Source: Antedon mediterranea
Lineage: Eukaryota; Animalia; Echinodermata
Direction: 5' to 3'
DNA: 64,000 nucleotides
Assembly: GCF_964355755.1 (NCBI RefSeq)
Contig: NC_092673.1
Location: forward strand, 19,899,648-19,963,647
The number at the start of each line of letters is the position of its first letter. Position 1 is the first letter of the stretch. The translations under genes were made by a program, and so were the position numbers. Below are positions 12,901-21,708 of the stretch, piece after piece. Under the pieces are notes generated by a model. That model did not search any database, was not told the origin of the DNA, and was given only the letters and a program-made list of their open reading frames with translations.

Positions 12901-15900
12901 TTTCTGAACAAGGTCTTTCAACAGTTTTACTCTGTTTGTGTTTTGGTTGTATATCTTCAAATGTGTCACAAGTTTCATTTCCCGTTTGCTTTCGTTTCTT
13001 TGTTGTAGAATTCTTTACCAAAAAAATCGCCTCTGTATTTGACAGTTTATTGTGGGATGTCACATTCATATCAACTTGTCCTGTTGTTTCCTGAACATTA
13101 TTTTGACTGACATTGACAGATTCTACTACATTAAAATGCACATTCATGGTGTACAAAATATATATACCATTGTCAGTTGTAACATCATCTATTCTTCCCG
13201 GCTTTTTAGCAGAAAACAATTGCCACGTCAAAAGTTGATCATTAAATGAATAAATATCTGTATTAAGCAAGTTTGCCATTGCACTTATTTCAGTATTGGA
13301 TGCCCACTTTCCATTATCCATTACTCTTTTTTTAAACACATATTCCTTAACTGATCTATATTCGTGACTAAATGTATTAATAAATAAGTCATCAGTTTCC
13401 AATAAATGATTACTAATTGCTCTTCTTAAAAGTAAATGATTATCTTCAGTCCCAGAAATAATGTATGAAATTGCACGATAAAAACAATTACCATCACCTG
13501 TAATATTTGTAATTTGAAGAGGATGTCCAATCTGACTAGCTCTGTTAATACCACAATTCATATCGGTATGTTCACAATGAATGCCTAATTTATTACACAT
13601 GTTTTTCTTTTGTGCTTCTGAGGTAGGAATAAATTTAAAATTCTCGTCAGGTCTTTCTGCATACTGAACATTAACAATTTCAATATCACTATCACTTTGC
13701 CATCCATTACTTGATGAGACATGACCTTCTTTATTATGTTTTTTGCCTTTAACGTTAGAATCAATATTCTTGTCTGGTAATCTTGTACTACATTTATACT
13801 GATAAGAGGTACTAGGTTCATCAACGTCAACGTTTCCCAAGTTTCTTTGTTCACAATTATCATCGAGCACAGAAGCGGAACATAACATCATAGACTTATT
13901 TTCAATATTTACACCAGTCAGTTCAAACTCGGTTTCATGTAAATTACAGTTCATTGACCTTGCTAATCTTATACAATAATCGTACACACCTTGCCACGAT
14001 GGACGGTAAAGTAAAATACTCTTTCCATGTTCACTAACACAACCAAATCGATCTCTTGCATGTGGATCAAATATAAGGAAACCATTTACACGTTTAATAA
14101 TAGAAAATGTGCTTCTGTTAAAATTCATAAAAAATGCATCATGTTGGTGTAATTCTTGTTCAAGAGCTTGGTTTAATGACAAGGCTCCATATTCAGCCAT
14201 AAATTCGAGATTTCCATCTATTATGCCAAAAACTGATTCTTTGGGAGATATTACAAATGTGTTATCCAAGATATCTAATTCTTTCGGCAGTTCAGAAATC
14301 ATTAAAAGGTCCTCGTGCATAGTGGAATCTTTCTGAATGTAACGGTACAACTCGTTTCCAAGAGTCAATATTGTATCAAGGTCTTTGGTGTAAAATTCAT
14401 TTCCATTCCTCTTTGTAGAATAAAGAATAGCTACAAGACTATTTGCAACACACTGTTTACCACTTGCAAAGCCAAATCTATAATTCCCTTGATTAAAATT
14501 ACCCTGTGCTACAGTTATATTTTCATTACTATTATATACTTGTAATTCATTTATTGATTGTGTTTTCTGCCTTTTTCGTGTATTTTTTTGTTTTGGTACA
14601 TCATCGATTATCAATTCTTCCGAAAAATTATTTTTTGTTAAAACTTCAATATCCACATCGATTGTATGTTGGTCACATTTAGGTTTAGTATGGGACCTAA
14701 TTTTTTCAGTCACTGCTTTTTTGCATCCGTCATCAATTATCAATACTTCATTTTCCTCAAATTCACAACTTGCACATGTTTGATTTTTATGATCTGTACC
14801 ATTACTATCAATTATTCTACTTCTGTCATTCATTTTGCTATTATTTTGTGCTTTCGCATCGTCAGTCGCTGTGTTGTCGTTTTCTACAGTACATTCTATT
14901 TTAAAATCCTCGTCAGTTTTCGTTTCAGAATTGTCATTATTACCCATGTTCTTTATATCTTTCATAGTATCGCAATCATTCTTTAAATTCACATTACCTT
15001 GTGCTTTTTTGTTATCAATCTTCTTAGTTTTGACAAAACGACCCTTGTTATTTCGTAAACGTTTCGAACCACCACCTGATTGTTGTTGTATTCCGTGCGT
15101 TACTTTTGTATTTTTCAAATCATCACACATAGGCCTACCACTGTCGTCAATTATTGTTTGTGAATTTCCCAATATATTCGTTTTACCATTTTCTTTGTTG
15201 TATTCTCTGTAAGTAGTTGTATTCATATTCCATTCCATTTTGTTATTATTTTGTCTTTCATAGAAATCTTTTACACCTTTGCCAATATATTTTACACCTG
15301 GTTCTATACTTATACCATTTATAACGCGCTTTCTCCTTTTCTTATTTCCTCTATTTTTACATCTTTTTTTTCTGTTGTCGGTTCTTTTCTTTGATCTTAC
15401 TCTGATCCAATCACTACCAAGTAAATCTTCACTTCCTGTTTGTTGACATTTTAATATTGCATTATTACAACGTTTTTCTTTATTTTTCGTTAATTCTGGA
15501 AAGTCTGAAGTGACAGATTCATCAGGTTCTAGAATCGTATATCTATTGAAATGACAGGGAATACCTATTTCGCCAAACATGTTATCAACAAAATTATTAT
15601 TCCCACACATTGAACAAATCCAAATTACCCGGGAATTACATAGTTTGTCTTCAAAAACATCTCTTACACATTTCACATGAAAATATTGACTACAACAGTC
15701 ACATGTTATGCAATTGTCGTCTACTTTCACTTCAATATTACAGAAATCGCATGTATCATCAAACTCTGAAGTGACCTCTGTACCATAAGATAATATGTTT
15801 ATGATATCATCAATTATTCCTTTAAATTCAGTTGTATCTTTCATAAATTCACAATTGACATTACCTGTATCATCATTTCTGTCGTCTTTGACATTCTCAG

Positions 15901-16117
15901 TTGAACAGCATTCATCAAGTAGGTCCAAGATGTCATTAACAACTATTTTAAATTCTGCTGTCTTATCCATAACTCCATTATTAACATTACCAGTTGTATT
16001 GACAAAAATCTGCTTTTTACTTGTAACTTCTTTATTCACATTCTTACACAAATAAAATATCATTGTAAAGATAATCAACAAAAAGATACCAACTACTGCT
16101 ATGAATTCCATATCCAT
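6980..16117 (-). CDS. Helentron RepHel-endonuclease transposase, 3045 aa (TM-PHD-C76-like protease-OTU-repeats-Zn-Rep-PIF1-APE)
   Basis: Motifs read in the translation: PHD CDFC..CDCC..H..C..CSMC; GKQCVAN..FDPH; GDGNCFYRA..HF; Rep RIEFQMRGSPHVHML and YVIGYMSK; helicase GGAGTGKS, DEISMV, GDFYQLPPV, HKVQGMT, YVGLSRV; EEP endonuclease HNIQGL, LTETWL, YRPPS, GDFN, IDHVY. Confidence 0.96.
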   Translation of the reverse strand: MDMEFIAVVGIFLLIIFTMIFYLCKNVNKEVTSKKQIFVNTTGNVNNGVMDKTAEFKIVVNDILDLLDECCSTENVKDDRNDDTGNVNCEFMKDTTEFKGIIDDIINILSYGTEVTSEFDDTCDFCNIEVKVDDNCITCDCCSQYFHVKCVRDVFEDKLCNSRVIWICSMCGNNNFVDNMFGEIGIPCHFNRYTILEPDESVTSDFPELTKNKEKRCNNAILKCQQTGSEDLLGSDWIRVRSKKRTDNRKKRCKNRGNKKRRKRVINGISIEPGVKYIGKGVKDFYERQNNNKMEWNMNTTTYREYNKENGKTNILGNSQTIIDDSGRPMCDDLKNTKVTHGIQQQSGGGSKRLRNNKGRFVKTKKIDNKKAQGNVNLKNDCDTMKDIKNMGNNDNSETKTDEDFKIECTVENDNTATDDAKAQNNSKMNDRSRIIDSNGTDHKNQTCASCEFEENEVLIIDDGCKKAVTEKIRSHTKPKCDQHTIDVDIEVLTKNNFSEELIIDDVPKQKNTRKRQKTQSINELQVYNSNENITVAQGNFNQGNYRFGFASGKQCVANSLVAILYSTKRNGNEFYTKDLDTILTLGNELYRYIQKDSTMHEDLLMISELPKELDILDNTFVISPKESVFGIIDGNLEFMAEYGALSLNQALEQELHQHDAFFMNFNRSTFSIIKRVNGFLIFDPHARDRFGCVSEHGKSILLYRPSWQGVYDYCIRLARSMNCNLHETEFELTGVNIENKSMMLCSASVLDDNCEQRNLGNVDVDEPSTSYQYKCSTRLPDKNIDSNVKGKKHNKEGHVSSSNGWQSDSDIEIVNVQYAERPDENFKFIPTSEAQKKNMCNKLGIHCEHTDMNCGINRASQIGHPLQITNITGDGNCFYRAISYIISGTEDNHLLLRRAISNHLLETDDLFINTFSHEYRSVKEYVFKKRVMDNGKWASNTEISAMANLLNTDIYSFNDQLLTWQLFSAKKPGRIDDVTTDNGIYILYTMNVHFNVVESVNVSQNNVQETTGQVDMNVTSHNKLSNTEAIFLVKNSTTKKRKQTGNETCDTFEDIQPKHKQSKTVERPCSESRVKRKRSYRNRKEIKKNRQRIKRQSEEKKNSEEIDEIRNKYQSDSVYREEKKRKVKEAQQIRYGDDDYKFKKTKENRERQYKMYRCEPEYNVKVRNKARHNYKTDLDYRTTKKANNLINYKFNEKFTQNLKESKKNRYNNDTIFRHKSRQDNKQRNKEKYHNDPKFRQNLKQKLAAKYCNNSKFRENVTKTLAEKYRNNLKFRQKCKQKLAEKYRSNLEFRQNCKHKLAEKYRSNLKFRERVKQRFTEKYHGDKGFRKNVMKKNMKNREKRKTKNTNFEFVLENFRETVSRGPEYVCCVCFKMLFKDQVMKCTKAKYKNKACINEKYLHICNNECIKPCQFIESPRCRLWICFTCHRKLLNGKVPAEANSNNLQLHDIPPELRCLNNLEQHLIGLNIPFMKLMNLPKGGQHGIHGPVVCVPSNTIETVKMLPRPQVDDQLISVKLKRKLSYKGYYKYKFVNTANVIQALRYLQDHNKCYFDIAINEEWHNYLSEDNIERETTNENENNEEEENEEEIEDRLCGATFDTSLQPVDRRQNLVDEYFNDIICCAPCENNSPIALLSNKSNEAKSFPVLFPTGQPTFHDTRDVKITLGRYFHNRLMHIDNRFAQNTEFIFYAQSLYELQQILSSISIALRKGSSKKDDFSKVTVSDLKNVTKIQEILKSDRGYKFLKQIRGTPPYWQATQKDIIAMVRQIGKPTFFLSFSSADFRWKEIMTTLLSQSGDQRNIEELEWADKCNLLKSNPVTVARMFDKRFHTFLKNVILSQAQPIGKVVDYFYRIEFQMRGSPHVHMLVWVENAPIFGTDKDNEVINFVDKYISCAVPCETVDRELNEIVKSVQIHSKRHSKSCKKKGTNCRFNFPRQPSGNTFVMRPTIVDKDNGDNGDNKQATELLTSVKDAVTNEETYKNAIELFQSLGITQSAFEKANNCVATEEKIVIKRNPQDVWVNQYNPSLLRAWNANMDIQYITNVYACIIYVIGYMSKSEREMGLLLNHAASEVKEGNEDARQSLRKLGNVYMNNREVSAQESIYRVCSLRLKECSRKVEFIPVGPNPVRMSLPLSVIKNKEDDDISAWLPNKIDKYKARPNSSEFNKMCLAKFCSEYRILSSSEMKGNKQKKNVFQLKKQLGFIQKRTRTSNAIVRYPRFPMDTAPEKYFLSILQLFLPFRKDEQLKPPNFETYEQFHEKGCVKLCGCQLQTVKSIVHGNMEQYEKSAEDVEEAQECLSKFGPQEDAWSLLCPESEKERLDNPKPNVEVDDEEDEFFIPDFGIQKNPTSKVESNSSNIPRPELNKMIRSLNEKQQHIFYKTRQWCLDKANGKKTEAFYTFITGGAGTGKSHLVNCIYNEATRILGKIMENPDDLSILKLAPTGIAAYNIKGQTIHSALSIPINISLPYQPLGEEKISALRNKLGQLQIVIIDEISMVNQRLLWYIHGRLRQIKQVRNDSPFGNISVIAVGDFYQLPPVMGSSLYKDTLESSLWIDNFKQVQLDHIMRQKEDKEFALLLNKLRTKEKHDCLSDNDLLVLKSRETGEECEDAVHIYPRNKQVDEWNKKMLHKTCTDIVCIEAEDSVVNAKKQTKNCDKPRNSRQTSLLNYLWIALNARVMLIKNVDVKKGLTNGCMGHVYEIVKPNNNAKPVSIKVKFDNNDIGIQAIEMFKESMGAKYSRKQFPLKLAYACTVHKVQGMTMDKAVVCLKDTFTHGQAYVGLSRVTSISGLTIENFKPSLIYCDPNIKKCLNNMDSYVQCDKQGHDSDSRFSIMLHNIQGLKQHFVDLQCNDLFMKSNILCLTETWLNKDDDVFDVHIEPYKCYHQARYDSYSNTNDLSSKIKHQAHGGVAVYVKNTSSSRLNICNNDIETVSFLITSPISIAVSVIYRPPSYDINQFCQNLRKHLEELHKMSTKCIVMGDFNENLFKQSSRVNNLMAENEYKQHVTCSTTENNTLIDHVYSKGLDSVQAEVIPVYYSYHEAIQIKF
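12115..12430 (-). repeat. 54-bp coding minisatellite (18-aa KYRSNLKFRQNCKQKLAE repeat, ~6 units)
   Basis: Visible in the translation; ~9 units in the second copy. Confidence 0.85.
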
Positions 16118-16811
16118 TATTCAAAATTTGTATAAGAAACAAGTTTCTTCAAATTAATAAACTTTTTTTACAAATTAAATTAAAATGTATTCTGCAATTC
16201 CAAAGAATATTACAATTAGGTTCTTTTTATCAATTCAAACTTCAAAAAAGAAATCCTTGCTACAACAAATTAAATTATTAAAAATTACAAAAACAATTCA
16301 ACTTTATATTGTCTTTTGTTTCTATGACTTTTAACTTTTGTCCCAATTTCTTTTCTCTTTGTCAATATTTTTTTTTGTCTGCTTTTTTTCAATAATTCGA
16401 TTATACAATTTCACTGAATACAAAAATATAGCTTCTATTTAATATTGGCTTGATGAAATACTTAATATTAATTTAAACTTCTCTGTAATACTTGGTTATG
16501 CTAAATAGTTTAAGATTGTAATTTTTATTCTTTTTACAATTCTACTTAATAACAGATTCAAATAAAAGTGATCTTTAAATCTTCTTTAATTAATTCTTTT
16601 TTAATAAGCTTCTGTTTTATTCTTCGAACTTTCTGCAAAAAAGGTTTTGAAATAAACTTCGGTTTATCTTCAAGGTTTCAGTGAATGTTTGCAAAAATGG
16701 TCTTGAAATAAACTTCGGTTTATCTTCAAGGTTTTACAAGATGTTTTACAAAATGGTTACAGATAATTGTGCATAATGGTTACAGATAATTGAACATAGA
16801 TTTTCAAATTC

Positions 16812-16907
16812 GGTAACCCCTCGTAGATTCTCTCTTCGGAGAGAAGGATCTTTTTCTAAAGACCCAGATCTCTTCTGAGATCCAGTGGGTTTATACAAGA
16901 CAGTCAC
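16812..16907 (-). promoter_or_regulatory. Structured RNA (three adjacent hairpins) at the start of the RepHel leader exon; splice acceptor AG at 16909-16908
   Basis: Minus strand: polypyrimidine-tgtag|GTGAC...GGATCTC-AGAA-GAGATCT GGGTCTTT-AGAA-AAAGATCC TTCTCTC-CGAA-GAGAGAA. Conserved with a compensatory change at 52921-53015. Confidence 0.6.
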
Positions 16908-17574
16908 CTACAATAAAAGAAAAAAAAAAGAGTTAGTTATTGATTTTAAGATACACTGTACTAAGAATTCCAGTCAAAGAATCATATATTGAATCAGTAA
17001 ATAAATCAGTGTATTTACAAATAGCTAAATAATATTATACACATCCCCCTTGTGGAATGTAACATGATCTATTGAGCCTAGCAAACCAAATTAGGACCAA
17101 CTCACTACTAAATTCAGGATAGACCCATTTTATAAATTGTAAGTATATGCCACCACATTTATGTTAAAAAGGATGATTGTCCTAAATTTTTAAGTAAATT
17201 GTGATAATATATTTATGACTTTGGTTTATACAATATAACTAAATCACTATAGAAGATATTGTGACCAAAAAATATGTCAAAAATTCATTATATGGAATAT
17301 GTCGGAAACAAATTATTTCACCTTCACAATTTTTCAACTTCCTGCGAAATCAACTTGTATTTGTTTTGCTTTTAATCAAATACTTGTATAAAATGATAAT
17401 TCACATACATTTTTATATTGTAATATTCAATAAAGTCCTAGTATAAACATATAATCTGAAAATAGGTTTAATTATTCAATGTTCTAATATAATAGAATTT
17501 TATACACAAAAATATTTGGTCACCCAGTATTGTAAATTTACAGACAACACATGTTTATCAATTAAGGGAGGGCA

Positions 17575-20500
17575 TCAAGTAAGGAAAATATGTTTTTTCC
17601 GTTTTACAGATGATTTTCTAATACTCACAGCTGTAACTGACACTGTATATTTTCTGTACAACTACAATCTAAAAAAAAAAAAGGAAAATCATTAATAATG
17701 GCAATAAACAACATTAACACTTTTTCCAAATCAACAACCTTCTTAATCTTAATCAATGTCTGAAAAATTAGGAAATTTCCTTAAAATGACTTTAGGTATG
17801 GGCCGGTTGATTGGGGTCTACATGTTGTCTCAATACTAATTTCATTTAATATTTTATTTACAAACAATAAAATTAGAATAGAATTATGTAAATGTTTCAT
17901 AATAGAAAATGCCTACAAAATAAAAGGCAACAGTTCACAAAGTAAGGAAAATATGTTTTCTCCGTTTAACAGATAATCTACTAATACTCACAGCTGTAGC
18001 TGACACCGTATATTTTCTACAATCTAAAAAAAAACAAGAAAAAACATTATTAACGACAATAAACAACATTAACACTTTTTCCAAATCAACATGCTTCTTA
18101 ATCAATGTCTGAAAAATTAAGAAATTTCATCAAAATGACTTTGGGTATGAGACAACTGATTAGGGCCTACAGTACATGTTGTCTCAATGCTAATTTCATT
18201 TAATATATTACAAACCATAAAATTTAAATTATGTAAATGTTTCATAATAGAAAATTCCTACAAAATAACAAGCAATGGTTCACAAAGTAAAGAAAATATG
18301 TTTTATCTGTTTAACAGATAATCTACTAATACTCACAGCTGTAGCTGACACTGTATATGTTCTACAATCTATAAAAAAAACAAGGAAAAACATTAATAAT
18401 TGGCAATAAACAACATTAACACTTTTTCCAAATCAACATGCTTCTTAATCAATGTCTGAAAAATTAAAAAATTTCCTCAAAATAACTTTGGGTATGAGAC
18501 GGCTGGTTAGGACCTACATGTAGTCTCAATGCTAATTTCATTTAATATCTTATTCACAAACCATAAAATCTGAATTATGTAAATGTTTCATAATAGGAAA
18601 TGCCTACAAAATAACAGGCAACAGTTCACCAAGTAAGGAAAATATGTTTTCTCCGTTAACAGATACTCTACTAATACTCACACAGCTGTAGCTGACACTA
18701 TATTTTCTACAATCTAAAAAAAACAAGAAAAAACATTATTAATGGTAATAAACAACATTAACACTTTTTTCAAATCAACATGCTTCTTAATCAATGTCTG
18801 AAAAATTAAGAAATTTCCTCAAAATGACTTTGGGTATGAAATGACTGATTAGGGCAGGCAACAGTTCACAAAGTAAAGAAAATATATTTTCTCCGTTTAA
18901 TAATTTACTAATACTCACAGCTGTAGCTGAAACTGTATATTTTCTACAATCTAAAAAAAACAAGGAAAAACATTGATAATGGCAATAAACAACATTAACA
19001 TTTTTTCATGAGTGTGTATGTAAAACTATAATTTTTAATACTTTGGAAAATATTATAATTGTCAAGAAGGTGCTTGGTTCTTAAATTTAAAAATAAATGA
19101 TGTTGTTTTTCGGTAACATTTAACAATATATTAATAAATGTTGGTTCCTCTCTAATATTTCTATGTTGATTAATTCAATTTTTTAAAACTATATACTATA
19201 TATTTTGATTATTGATTTTAAAGCATATTGAAATAACTTTTACTGTAACAATGCTGGTTTAGCTTACTGTAATAACACTGGTCACAAACTGACATGTCAG
19301 TCTGTGATCAACCCGGTAACAACCAGACACTTTTTATATCATATAAAAATGTAAAATAAGGTTTTAAAAAAAAGTAACCTTATCAGTGTATGTTAAGCTA
19401 TAATTTTTAATAGTTTGGAAAATATTATAATTGTCTAGAAGGTACAAGGTTCTTAAATTTAAAAAAAAAATGTTTTTTGGTAACAACCTGACAAAATTAT
19501 TAATAATTATGTGGGCCCCTCCTTAATATTTCTATGTTGATTAATTCAATCAAAATCTCAAACAATATATTTAGTTCTTTAATTCTAAAAAGAAATGACA
19601 TGTATAAATTAGGATGTAGTTGTCTGTTATAGGATTTAAGTAAACCTCATATTGTTTTATTTTTTAAGTTATCTAAATATCATTATTTTAAATGGAAATA
19701 TGTCTGTATATATCTCATAATTTTTTTTAACCACTTAAATATCCTGAAAGTATATAACATTAGCTTTAGTTTGATATCAAACATGTTAAGACTGCTAAAA
19801 GTTGAAAATTTTCAAAATCCAAAAAAAAAAATCGTGGAATTGCCCTATTAATACTCACAGCTGTAGCTGAAACTGTAAATCTTCTGTTAATAAAAAACAA
19901 ATACAATCTAAACAATACAAGGAAAAACATTGATAATGGCATGGAGGTATAAAATGGTAATAAACAACATTAACACTTTTTCCAAATCAACAAGCTTCTT
20001 AATCTTAATCAATGTCTGAAAAATTAGGAAATTTCCTTAAAATGACTTTGGTTATGAGCCAGCTAATTGGGGCCTACATTTTGTCTCAATGGTAATTTCA
20101 TTTAACGCCATTGCTAAAGATACGGTACCGTATCCATGCTTTTAAAAACTAAAGATACAGTAATTATAGAGGGCGCTTCCGTTTGCTAAAAGTACGGTAA
20201 AATTGCATTCCTAAAACTTGTACCTAAATATAAAACTCGTTCCTAAATATTAAACTCCTTCCTAAATATTAAAAACCTAACCCTCTTAATAATCTCTCTT
20301 AAATTAAAAACTAAAAAAAAAAATTAAAAAAAAGGACGTCAAGAAGAGTATCGAACCTCCAACCCCTTAAGCCAAAGCCTCATCACATGCCCGCTAGGCT
20401 ACACAGCTGACTTGCAGAAAACCAATGCAATAACCTATTTGATTAACATCCATATTACATAGCGCCCTCTATAATTACCGTACCTTTAGTTTTTAAAAGT

Positions 20501-20625
20501 ATGGATACGGTACGGTATCTTTAGACATAACGTTCATTTAATAGTTTGATCACAAACAATAAAATCTGAATTATGTAAATTGTTCATGCCTACAAAATAA
20601 CAGGCAACACTTCACTCCCAATCAT
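17575..20625. repeat. ~346 bp satellite (about 6 units, interrupted) inside the predicted RepHel 5' intron
   Basis: Marker 'actcacagctgta' recurs at ~17622, 17985, 18331, 18676 (variant), 18913 and 19853. Confidence 0.9.
20106..20532. mobile_element. MITE with ~70 bp TIRs and 9-bp TSD (Mutator-like), with an internal tRNA-like A/B box
   Basis: TTCATTTAA duplicated at 20097-20105 and 20533-20541 inside a satellite unit. TIRs cgccattgctaaagatacggtaccgtatcc...gagggcgct / agcgccctc...tctttagacataacg. Confidence 0.8.
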
Positions 20626-21075
20626 GAGACCATAAATCATCTCTACAAATTATTTATTTTATGTTCACTATTTACGATATTCTAGAGATTATGAAGTACT
20701 GTAGAAACAATAATGTTATTACTATACTTGTATCTCTTCCAACAACTACAAGACAAACATATATAATGACATAAGACAGGTGAAGAAGTGAACTGAATTG
20801 ACCTACACTACTAAGGGCCTACTAGTACTACTATAGACTAGCCTAAACCCAGGCCATTATAAGCCAGATGCAAAATGGAACTAGGCTAGCGCCATTATAT
20901 GCCTCTACTACAGTACTGTACAACTAAACCTAGGCTAGGTCTAGACCTTCCTGAAGAAGAGGTAATCCGGGACACGGCTAGGCCTACGCCATTTCATTTT
21001 GATGGCGAACACAAAAACAATTAAATATTAGTTTATTACAAATCAACAATCCAAATTAAGCAAAATATATCTTAC

Positions 21076-21260
21076 CTATTTCTTACTATTATATTTAACA
21101 CAATTGTGTTTAAACTTTTTGTAATATAGGCTATATGTTCGTTTTAGCACATAAAATTGCGAAGCAATATCGGGAGCAATACTAGGCTATAATATTACAA
21201 ATCCAACATGGAGGTGTAACCACGTTGTTCTTCACTAATATGGCACGCAATCGTCGCCAA
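21076..21260 (-). promoter_or_regulatory. Putative non-coding first exon and promoter of RepHel 1 (donor GTAAG at 21075)
   Basis: Minus strand AAGAAATAG|gtaag and the motifs 'ccaacatggag' and 'tggca.gcaatc.tcgccaaaa' are conserved in element 2 (59962-60183) while the surroundings diverge. Confidence 0.45.
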
Positions 21261-21688
21261 AACTAACACAATGCTGTAGACCGAGACACAATTCACCACA
21301 CTTTCACCATAAAAGTTTTAATTTATATCGTGCGCTAAATTTCTATTGAAAACAAAATTAATGTTCCACAGAAATCAATTTTCCTTCACATGTTAAACAT
21401 TTTTAAATTTTCATTACCTCATTATAAAAAAAATTAGAATAACATGAGTTGCTTAATTTTATCTATACAGTATATTTTAATCTGTTTAGATCTAATCGGA
21501 ATGAAAAGTTACCCACATGATTAAAATTTAATATGGAAGTTGTTGAATTGTAGATATGAATTCATGTTGTCTATCTGGTATCATGACGTCATCAAGTGAT
21601 ATATGGAGGTGGTACGTAGGCCTACCAAAATATATAATAATCACAAGCGAATAATCCGCGGTTTTCGCTGTACCAGTAATATTGTCCA

Positions 21689-21708
21689 CAGAGCATATTA
21701 TGGCTCTG
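21689..21708. mobile_element. 20-bp palindromic micro-element with 8-bp TSD (hAT-like)
   Basis: attgtcca-CAGAGCatattatgGCTCTG-attgtcca. Confidence 0.6.

Noticed and set aside
13100-14520. Endogenous herpesvirus or giant virus suggested by the tegument-like protease and OTU domains
   Set aside because: The domains are fused in frame to a Helentron RepHel; no capsid, polymerase or packaging genes are seen.
8137-16055. Many 60-130 aa plus-strand and alternate-frame ORFs overlapping RepHel 1 (and equivalents at 44241-52123)
   Set aside because: They are shadows of the long minus-strand ORF; their recurrence simply follows the duplication.
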